From: a virus
DNA: 17,779 nucleotides
Virus genome (UHGV): UHGV-0008758
Strand: one strand, 5' to 3'
Position 1 is the first letter of the stretch; each line of letters opens with the position of its first letter. Below, piece by piece: positions 7,921 through 14,268 of this stretch. The notes beneath the pieces were generated by a model. That model worked only from the letters and a program-made list of their open reading frames with translations. It did no database searches and was not told where the DNA came from. A program made the position numbers and the translations under genes.

Positions 7921-9116
7921 GCGCAAAATTTTACACCCTGCTGACGGAAATCGGGGCGGCGAAACTGGCAAGCGCCGCCGCGCTCGGCATTCCGTTGAAA
8001 ATTACCCAGATGGCGGTGGGCGACGGTGGTGGCGTATTACCAACGCCAAGCGCGCAACAGACCGCGTTAGTTGCTGAAAAACACCGCGCCGCGCTGAATA
8101 TGCTGTATATCGATCCGCAGAACAGCAGCCAGATTATTGCTGAGCAGGTGATCCCCGAAACGGAGGGAGGTTGGTGGATTCGTGAGGTAGGTCTGTTTGA
8201 TGAGACTGGAGCACTGATTGCTGTGGGCAACTGCCCGGAGAGCTACAAACCGCAGCTGGCGGAGGGGAGCGGGCGCACGCAGACCGTGCGCATGGTGTTG
8301 ATTACCAGCAGCACAGATAACATCACCCTGAAAATTGATCCGGCAGTGGTGCTGGCGACCCGTAAATATGTTGATGACAAGGTGCTGGAACTAAAGGTGT
8401 ATGTGGATGACCTGATGGCTAGACACCTTGCAGCTGCAGATCCTCATACGCAGTATGCACCAAAAGCCAGTCCGACATTCACTGGTACGCCAAAAGCACC
8501 AACGGCAGCGGCAGGCAATAATTCCACGCAACTTGCTAATACGGCTTTTGTGCAGGCGGCAATTGCTGCACTGGTGGCATCTTCCCCTGCAGCTCTGGAT
8601 ACACTGAATGAGCTGGCAGCAGCGCTGGGGAACGATCCAAATTTTGCCGCCACCATGACAAATGCGCTTGCCGGAAAGATGGATAAGGCAGCCAATGGGA
8701 CGGACATTGCCGACGTATCAGAATTTCTCAAAAACCTTGGTTTAGGAGATATCAGTGCTACAGGTGTTGCGACAGGTAGTATGGGCGAAACCGGATATGC
8801 CATATTTCCGATGATGATTGGCGGTGCACGTAAGACTTTTATTATGCAATGGGGATTGCTGACGCCTCTGAAATCAGGTGGCTATGTGAATATTAACCTT
8901 CCTGTCGCTTTTCCTACTATGGTGATGCAGGCATATGCAACACATGATAATGCGACACTAAACACACGCCCGACAGTATATGCAATTACTACAACAAGCC
9001 GAACCACTATCACTGCGACGGCGACGTGCTTAGATGCTGGCTCAGTGGGCGCTACAGTGACACGCAGTAGTGACGATACTGCGTGTTACGGTCGTTATTT
9101 TGCAATAGGGTGCTGA
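7917..9116 (+). CDS. H: tail fibre protein GpH: conserved N-terminal region plus the currently expressed variable C-terminal tip
   Basis: 399 aa; N-terminus MSAKFYTLLTEIGAAKLASAA... is typical of P2-type fibres; base composition becomes more AT-rich in the 3' part; an invertase crossover site lies inside at 8725-8750. Confidence 0.85.
   Translation: MSAKFYTLLTEIGAAKLASAAALGIPLKITQMAVGDGGGVLPTPSAQQTALVAEKHRAALNMLYIDPQNSSQIIAEQVIPETEGGWWIREVGLFDETGALIAVGNCPESYKPQLAEGSGRTQTVRMVLITSSTDNITLKIDPAVVLATRKYVDDKVLELKVYVDDLMARHLAAADPHTQYAPKASPTFTGTPKAPTAAAGNNSTQLANTAFVQAAIAALVASSPAALDTLNELAAALGNDPNFAATMTNALAGKMDKAANGTDIADVSEFLKNLGLGDISATGVATGSMGETGYAIFPMMIGGARKTFIMQWGLLTPLKSGGYVNINLPVAFPTMVMQAYATHDNATLNTRPTVYAITTTSRTTITATATCLDAGSVGATVTRSSDDTACYGRYFAIGC
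8725..8750. other. left crossover site of the invertible fibre segment (Hin/Gin/Cin-type 26-bp site)
   Basis: TTCTCAAAAACC TT GGTTTAGGAGAT: two 12-bp half-sites around a 2-bp core with the AAACC-NN-GGTTT centre characteristic of hix/gix/cix sites; lies in H codons for EFLKNLGLGD. Confidence 0.7.
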
Positions 9117-9117
9117 A

Positions 9118-9561
9118 ATGAATCTTAAATATTTTTCTCCATCTGAAAATGCGTTTTATGCCGGGGAGCTTAAAGAAAGCTATATCGCTGCTGGCTCATG
9201 GCCTTCTGATGCCTCGGAGGTTGATGAAAGTCTTTATCTTGAGTTTATCGATGAGCCGCCAGCAGGTAAGTATCGTGGAGTGGATGATGCAGGTATGCCC
9301 TGCTGGCTTGAAATTCCTCCACCCACCGCAGAGGAAATGGCATCGAATGCAGAGAATATGAGACAGCAGCTCATTGATGAGGCAAATGTTTATATAAACA
9401 AACGTCAGTGGCCGGGAAAAGCAGCGATAGGCCGTTTAAAGGCGGATGAACTGGAACGATATAACCTTTGGCTGGATTACCTGGACGCACTGGAACTGGT
9501 TGATACCTCCAGTGCTCCAGATATTGAATGGCCTACGCCTCCGGCAGTTCAGGCCAGATGA
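9118..9561 (+). CDS. G: tail fibre assembly chaperone GpG (Tfa)
   Basis: 147 aa directly after H; C-terminal motif LWLDYLDALELVDTSSAPDIEWPTPP is typical of Tfa proteins. Confidence 0.85.
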   Translation: MNLKYFSPSENAFYAGELKESYIAAGSWPSDASEVDESLYLEFIDEPPAGKYRGVDDAGMPCWLEIPPPTAEEMASNAENMRQQLIDEANVYINKRQWPGKAAIGRLKADELERYNLWLDYLDALELVDTSSAPDIEWPTPPAVQAR

Positions 9562-10135
9562 CATCCGGCGCGGTGCTGGTATCTGTTGCCGTCACCGCGT
9601 CAATGTAATCCAGCACGGCGTTAAGTCGGGTTGTTTCTGCCTGCGTCAACTTCCGTCCAGCCTGTAATTTCAGCTGAATCAGACTAATGGAAACCATTGC
9701 TGCATCAATCAGTGACTGGCGCTGTGCTTCTGCCGCTTCTACTGCGGCGCTATGCTGTGCCTCAGTATCCGTCACCCATTTCTCACCATCCCATTTATCA
9801 TATGGCGTTAACGGGGCGATAGTGGTTGTATTTTCAGGGTAATCACCCGGAGCTGTGATTTCTTTGGCGTCTCCCGTTTCGGTGTTATAGACGATTTCAC
9901 CGCGATGGTCTGACACATATTCCCATGATTTTAAATCCACAGAACGGCAAATTGTATAACCAGCTTTATGTGTAACTGGTGCATCTAAACAAGAATATGC
10001 CGGGATACCGACGCCAACCGCAAGATATTCAGTTGATGTGGAAATATATTCCCGCGTTTCACCATCATAGTTATAAACGGTAATATCCCCTGCCTTTGTA
10101 GCAACAAGTCCACTATTTAATATTGCTTTATCCAT
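9533..10135 (-). CDS. alternative tail fibre assembly chaperone (Tfa')
   Basis: 200 aa on the minus strand; C-terminal motif LNAVLDYIDAVTATDTSTAPDVIWPELP parallels GpG; its 3' end overlaps the G 3' end by 29 bp; its start overlaps the stop of the alternative fibre tip (TAATG). Confidence 0.8.
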   Translation of the reverse strand: MDKAILNSGLVATKAGDITVYNYDGETREYISTSTEYLAVGVGIPAYSCLDAPVTHKAGYTICRSVDLKSWEYVSDHRGEIVYNTETGDAKEITAPGDYPENTTTIAPLTPYDKWDGEKWVTDTEAQHSAAVEAAEAQRQSLIDAAMVSISLIQLKLQAGRKLTQAETTRLNAVLDYIDAVTATDTSTAPDVIWPELPEA

Positions 10136-10623
10136 TATGCTGCTCTCACGATATAGTTAAATGCAATGTTTCTTGGTCTGTTCTCTGAGGCAGTTGGCAC
10201 TACTCTTGAAGCATCAAAATTGACTAAATGAGGATTGTTTGGGGTATTTGGAATGATTGTGGTGTTACCTATCGTATTACGAAGTGCTGATTGACTTACA
10301 AAAACACCACTCGCTGTATTAAAGCTAATAGCCGCATTAGCTTCGGTTTGTCCATTACCAAATGTGCCGGTTATATTACGAATAGCATCCCCCTGAGCAG
10401 ACAGAATTTCGCGCCCCGCGTCAATACCGCGCCCGTCATCCCAACCACGAATAAACTCACCACGTAAATCAGGCAATTTATTTGTCGGATAAGCCTTTGC
10501 CAGTTCCGGGTATTCTTCAGCAGAAAAAACCGCACCGTTGCATTTCAGCCAGCCTGTTGGCGGAGTGGCGGAAGGCCACGGAACAGGGACACCAACAGGT
10601 AATGCAGAGCCTTCTCCCAAACC
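10135..10623 (-). CDS. silent alternative tail-fibre C-terminal cassette (tail-collar-type tip), with no start codon of its own
   Basis: Minus-strand frame encodes GLGEGSALPVGVPVPWPSATPPTGWLKCNGAVF...LPDLRGEFIRGWDDGRGIDAGR, the classic tail-collar motif of Mu/P1-type fibre tips; an in-frame TGA lies just upstream at 10639-10641 and no start or RBS is present; inversion would fuse it in frame to H. Confidence 0.75.
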   Translation of the reverse strand, partial: GLGEGSALPVGVPVPWPSATPPTGWLKCNGAVFSAEEYPELAKAYPTNKLPDLRGEFIRGWDDGRGIDAGREILSAQGDAIRNITGTFGNGQTEANAAISFNTASGVFVSQSALRNTIGNTTIIPNTPNNPHLVNFDASRVVPTASENRPRNIAFNYIVRAA

Positions 10624-10637
10624 AACCTTTGAAAATG
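10612..10637. other. right crossover site of the invertible segment (inner half and core conserved, outer half degenerate)
   Basis: TTCTCCCAAACC AA CCTTTGAAAATG; the inner half and core are the reverse complement of the left site's inner half and core (GGTTTGGGAGAA versus GGTTTAGGAGAT), but the outer half matches poorly. Confidence 0.55.
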
Positions 10638-10659
10638 GTCACCTATATAGGTGACCATT
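10634..10659. repeat. perfect 26-bp palindrome; candidate terminator for the minus-strand orphan gene or a protein-binding site
   Basis: AATGGTCACCTAT|ATAGGTGACCATT is an exact reverse-complement pair; starts 4 nt beyond the stop of ORF 10664-11086; on the minus strand it is followed by TTCAAAGG, a weak U-tract. Confidence 0.45.
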
Positions 10660-10663
10660 CGGG

Positions 10664-11086
10664 TTAATGCAGCGTTGTAGTTGAGCTGGACTCTGCCATT
10701 GCCACTGTCAATTCATCGCCTTCGGCTGAGATCTTAATGGTATTACTTCCTTCTGATTTAGCGCCTTTTGGTAGACCTAGCTGATCATAGATACACAAGA
10801 ATCTTGAATCATTTATAAAGGTGATTTCTGTTACAGTCCCACCTTCAACGACCTTAGAGTCTATTGATTTTATCAAATTGATATCCTGAACATTAATGTG
10901 CTTTATCGCATCCCAGTTAAGGCTGATGTCCACGTTATCCTTTTGCATCGTTATCACATGACCGGCCTTATGCTGGGTTGTGACTTTTCCATCAGGGCTC
11001 ATCGTAATCTTTTGCCCCATGTGATAAATAATTTGAGTTCCGTCTTCGAGACACTCGATTTTTGGCTCTTTAGTAAAGTCGTTCAT
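10664..11086 (-). CDS. hypothetical protein, 140 aa, AT-rich orphan (accessory/moron candidate)
   Basis: Minus-strand ORF with RBS AAGGA about 7 nt upstream of ATG; hand-counted GC about 38% versus about 60% in flanking structural genes; no TM helix or signal peptide seen; no family recognised. Confidence 0.6.
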   Translation of the reverse strand: MNDFTKEPKIECLEDGTQIIYHMGQKITMSPDGKVTTQHKAGHVITMQKDNVDISLNWDAIKHINVQDINLIKSIDSKVVEGGTVTEITFINDSRFLCIYDQLGLPKGAKSEGSNTIKISAEGDELTVAMAESSSTTTLH

Positions 11087-11291
11087 GAAAATCCTTCAAT
11101 TATCTGTTGCTGGAAGGTGCTAATCTACACGAATCCTTGGTTATGTATGTAATGAGGCTCTAGAAATCCACTTGAATATAAATAAATTTTTATGGTGTTG
11201 GCTTGTAATGCTCGCGTAGCTCTTTGTCAAAAGTGAAACTCTGATAACCTGGTTCTACTGACGAACAGAAGGATGAGCAGGAGATCGCTTT

Positions 11292-11852
11292 ATGATTATT
11301 GGGTATGCACGAGTATCAAGTAACCATCAGGACACCGAGCTTCAGATGCAGGCGCTCAGAGCTGCTGGCTGTAAGTTAATTTTTGAGGAAAAGGCTTCTG
11401 GCCGTAAGACGAATCGACCAATCTTGAAGAAAGTGGTTGAGATGCTTGAACCCGGTGACGAACTGGTCATCTGGAAGTTAGATCGTATCGGTCGCAATGT
11501 ACTGCACGCATTATTGACCTTTCAGAGCCTCGCAGAACGCAATGTTAATATTCGTTCTATTACAGATGGCGTTGACCTGAGCACTGCCAGTGGGCGCTAT
11601 AACTTCCGTAATATTCTCTCTGCGGCACAATATGAGTCTGATCTGAATAGTGAACGCACTCTGGCAGGGTTAGCGGTTGCCCGCGCTAAGGGGAGGATTG
11701 GCGGACGTAAGCCTAAGTATACTGATGAGCACTGGGATGCGTTTGAACGGGAAATTAAGTCCGGCTGCTCACATCGTGATATAGCTCTCAAATATGGGGT
11801 CGGCCTGTCGACTCTCTACAAACGTTATCCGGCTCAGCAAGAGCATCACTAA
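11292..11852 (+). CDS. serine recombinase, DNA invertase (Hin/Gin/Cin/Pin family)
   Basis: 186 aa; N-terminal [13 protein letters not shown] with the catalytic Ser in YARVSS; [11 protein letters not shown]; C-terminal HTH region GRIGGRKPK...[12 protein letters not shown]; AGGAG RBS. Confidence 0.9.
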   Translation: MIIGYARVSSNHQDTELQMQALRAAGCKLIFEEKASGRKTNRPILKKVVEMLEPGDELVIWKLDRIGRNVLHALLTFQSLAERNVNIRSITDGVDLSTASGRYNFRNILSAAQYESDLNSERTLAGLAVARAKGRIGGRKPKYTDEHWDAFEREIKSGCSHRDIALKYGVGLSTLYKRYPAQQEHH

Positions 11853-11950
11853 ACACTCTTTGCGTTCATTTTTGCACTGTGCAGAATGTGTCTTTTTGGC
11901 ACCTTCTGGCAGTGCAAAATTTATCGCGTTTTGGTGCAAAAAAATCGCCG

Positions 11951-11980
11951 CGCTACAATCTGCGGGGATTTTTTTTGCCC
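11951..11980 (+). terminator. possible intrinsic terminator after the invertase gene (weak GC dyad plus T8 tract)
   Basis: CCGC...GCGG short stem followed by GGATTTTTTTT at 11967-11976; the stem is weak, so confidence is low. Confidence 0.3.
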
Positions 11981-11987
11981 CTTCCAT

Positions 11988-12005
11988 TGTGCCATTCTCC
12001 ACACA
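11988..12005 (+). promoter_or_regulatory. candidate P2-type late promoter activator box (TGT-N12-ACA) upstream of FI
   Basis: TGTGCCATTCTCCACACA about 75 bp upstream of the FI ATG; same TGTGCCA start as the box upstream of V. Confidence 0.6.
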
Positions 12006-12079
12006 TAGCCCGGTGCGTGCGCAGTGCGCATATCAACCAGAACATAGGCAGACACCCTGTAAACCGGAGAGACTGCCTT

Positions 12080-13252
12080 ATGGCTCAGGACTACCACCAC
12101 GGCGTGCGCGTTGTTGAAATCAACGAGGGCACCCGATCCATTACCACGGTGAGCACCGCCATTGTGGGCATGGTATGCACCGGCGATGATGCTGATGCGT
12201 CCATGTTTCCACTCAATAAGCCGGTTCTGCTGACCGATGTGTTGACCGCCAGCGGTAAAGCGGGCGAGTCCGGCACGCTGGCCCGTTCGCTGGATGCGAT
12301 TGCAGACCAGGCTAAACCCGTGACCGTCGTTGTACGTGTGGCGCAGGGCGAAACCGAAGCGGAAACCACCTCCAACATTATCGGCGGCGTGACCGCTGAC
12401 GGTAAAAAGACGGGCATGAAAGCGCTGCTTTCGGCGCAGTCGCAGCTCGGCGTCAAGCCGCGCATTCTCGGCGTGCCGGGACACGACACGCAGGCGGTTG
12501 CCACTGAGCTGCTGAGCGTGGCGCAGAGCCTGCGCGGGTTTGCTTATCTGTCCGCCTATGGCTGCAAAACGGTGGAAGAAGCGATTGCCTACCGTGACAA
12601 TTTCAGCCAGCGCGAGGGGATGCTGATCTGGCCTGACTTCATCAACTTTGACACCGTGCTGAATGCAGATGCGACGGCTTATGCCTCCGCTCGTGCGCTC
12701 GGCCTGCGTGCCAAAATTGACGAGCAGACCGGCTGGCACAAAACCCTGTCCAACGTGGGCGTGAATGGTGTCACCGGCATTTCCGCTGATGTGTTCTGGG
12801 ATCTGCAGGACCCGGCAACCGATGCGGGACTGTTGAACCAGAACGACGTCACCACGCTTATCCGCAAAGACGGCTTCCGCTTCTGGGGTTCCCGCTGCCT
12901 CAGTGACGATCCGCTGTTTGCCTTTGAGAACTACACCCGCACGGCGCAGGTGCTGGCTGACACCATCGCAGAAGCGCACATGTGGGCGGTGGATGGCGTG
13001 CTTAACCCATCGCTGGCCCGTGACATTATCGAAGGTATCCGCGCCAAGCTGCGCAGCCTGAAAGCGCAGGGTTACATCATCGGCGCAGACTGCTGGCTGG
13101 ATGAGTCGGTGAACGATAAAGACTCCCTGAAAGCCGGGAAGCTCACTATCGACTACGACTACACGCCGGTGCCGCCGCTTGAAAACCTGATGCTGCGCCA
13201 GCGCATCACCGATCAGTACCTGCTGGATTTCTCCAGCCAGGTCAGCGCGTAA
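12080..13252 (+). CDS. FI: tail sheath protein FI
   Basis: From ATG 12080 ([19 protein letters not shown]...) with GGAGAG RBS; about 390 aa versus P2 FI about 396 aa. The track ORF start at 11879 runs through the intergenic promoter region and is rejected. Confidence 0.9.
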   Translation: MAQDYHHGVRVVEINEGTRSITTVSTAIVGMVCTGDDADASMFPLNKPVLLTDVLTASGKAGESGTLARSLDAIADQAKPVTVVVRVAQGETEAETTSNIIGGVTADGKKTGMKALLSAQSQLGVKPRILGVPGHDTQAVATELLSVAQSLRGFAYLSAYGCKTVEEAIAYRDNFSQREGMLIWPDFINFDTVLNADATAYASARALGLRAKIDEQTGWHKTLSNVGVNGVTGISADVFWDLQDPATDAGLLNQNDVTTLIRKDGFRFWGSRCLSDDPLFAFENYTRTAQVLADTIAEAHMWAVDGVLNPSLARDIIEGIRAKLRSLKAQGYIIGADCWLDESVNDKDSLKAGKLTIDYDYTPVPPLENLMLRQRITDQYLLDFSSQVSA

Positions 13253-13261
13253 GGGGACACC

Positions 13262-13777
13262 ATGGCTTTACCACGTAAGTTAAAACACCTGAACCTGTTC
13301 AACGACGGGAACAACTGGCAGGGGATCGTTGAGTCTCTGACCCTGCCGAAATTCACCCGCAAGTTTGAGAAGTATCGCGGCGGCGGTATGCCGGGCGCGG
13401 TGGACGTGGATATGGGGCTGGATGACGGCGCACTGGACACGGAATTTTCAATCGGTGGCACTGAACTGCTGTTATTCAAGCAGATGGGCAAGGCCACCGT
13501 TGACGGCATCCAGCTGCGTTTCACCGGCTCCATTCAGCGTGACGATACCGGGGAAGTGCAGGCCGTTGAGCTGGTTGTGCGCGGGCGCCATAAAGAAGTG
13601 GATTCCGGCGAGTGGAAAACCGGCGAGAGCAGCAGCACCAAAGTCAGCAGCACCAACAGCTACGCGAAGCTGACCATTAACGGTGAGGTGCTCTATGAGG
13701 TCGATCTGGTCAACATGGTTGAAATCGTTGACGGCGTGGACCTGATGGAAGAACACCGTAACGCCCTCGGCCTCTGA
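13262..13777 (+). CDS. FII: tail tube protein FII
   Basis: 171 aa immediately after FI; P2 FII is about 172 aa. Confidence 0.9.
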   Translation: MALPRKLKHLNLFNDGNNWQGIVESLTLPKFTRKFEKYRGGGMPGAVDVDMGLDDGALDTEFSIGGTELLLFKQMGKATVDGIQLRFTGSIQRDDTGEVQAVELVVRGRHKEVDSGEWKTGESSSTKVSSTNSYAKLTINGEVLYEVDLVNMVEIVDGVDLMEEHRNALGL

Positions 13778-13788
13778 TTAACCTTAAC

Positions 13789-13806
13789 GGCGCGGGAAGC
13801 CGCGCC
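13789..13806 (+). terminator. stem-loop between FII and E (candidate partial terminator/attenuator)
   Basis: GGCGCGG-gaag-CCGCGCC, a perfect 7-bp GC stem with a 4-nt loop, followed by AGTATTTCATT. Confidence 0.4.
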
Positions 13807-13831
13807 AGTATTTCATTAACAGGAAACGAAC

Positions 13832-14134
13832 ATGAGCGACAAGCTGACTGAAAAGACCGTAAAACTAGATACCACCATCATGCGCGGTAAAACTGAAATT
13901 ACCGAAATTGTGCTGCGTAAGCCGCAGTCCGGCGCACTGCGTGGCACCCGTCTGCAGGCCATTATGGATATGGACGTGGGCGCGATGATGACTGTGATCC
14001 CGCGAATCTCCTCCCCGACGCTGACTGCGCAGGAAATGGCAGAGCTGGACCCCGCCGATCTGACAGCAATGGCTGTAGAGGTGGTTACTTTTTTGTTGCC
14101 GAAGTCGGTGCTTGCCGATTTGCCGACAACCTGA
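13832..14134 (+). CDS. E: tail assembly chaperone GpE (zero-frame product)
   Basis: 100-aa ORF between the tube and tape-measure genes; contains the slippery heptamer T_TTT_TTG near its 3' end. Confidence 0.8.
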   Translation: MSDKLTEKTVKLDTTIMRGKTEITEIVLRKPQSGALRGTRLQAIMDMDVGAMMTVIPRISSPTLTAQEMAELDPADLTAMAVEVVTFLLPKSVLADLPTT

Positions 14135-14268
14135 CGGTTGATGATCTGGTGGCAGATATTGCCACCATCTTTCACTGGTCGCCGTCCATCACTGACGTTA
14201 TGCCGCTGACTGATGTGCTGGAGTGGCGGCATAAGGCAATTCAGAGAAGCGGGGCCAGCGATGAGTGA
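13832..14268 (+). CDS. tail assembly chaperone E+E' (predicted -1 frameshift fusion product)
   Basis: The -1 frame after the slip encodes about 58 further residues (VAEVGACRFADNLTVDDLVADIATIFHWSPSITDVMPLTDVLEWRHKAIQRSGASDE) ending 8 nt into the tape-measure gene, as in P2 E/E'. Confidence 0.65.
14089..14095 (+). other. programmed -1 ribosomal frameshift slippery site (T TTT TTG)
   Basis: X_XXY_YYZ heptamer in the E frame; the -1 frame stays open from here to TGA at 14266-14268. Confidence 0.7.

Larger units (their letters stand above)
8739..10623. other. invertible tail-fibre segment (about 1.9 kb, G-segment-like: tip, Tfa, Tfa', tip')
   Basis: Bounded by inverted site copies (cores TT at 8737-8738 and AA at 10624-10625); carries convergent fibre-tip and chaperone gene pairs; inversion keeps the H reading frame. 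Confidence 0.65.

Noticed and set aside
11125-11150. Weak third invertase-site-like sequence (CTACACGAATCC TT GGTTATGTATGT) upstream of the invertase gene
   Set aside because: Only about 5/12 and 7/12 matches to the half-sites; it could be a remnant of the ancestral site next to the invertase gene or chance similarity in AT-rich DNA. Too weak to call without comparative data.
10898-11152. 84-aa + strand ORF inside the orphan gene region
   Set aside because: Antisense to the orphan gene, which has a proper RBS; hydrophobic AT-rich frame with no RBS, probably spurious, though it cannot be fully excluded.
11879-12079. Upstream extension of the FI ORF in the track
   Set aside because: It would read through the intergenic T-tract and promoter box; ATG 12080 has an RBS and matches the conserved FI N-terminus.
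11921-12979. 352-aa minus-strand ORF
   Set aside because: Antisense to the sheath gene FI; Arg/Gly/Ala-rich spurious frame.
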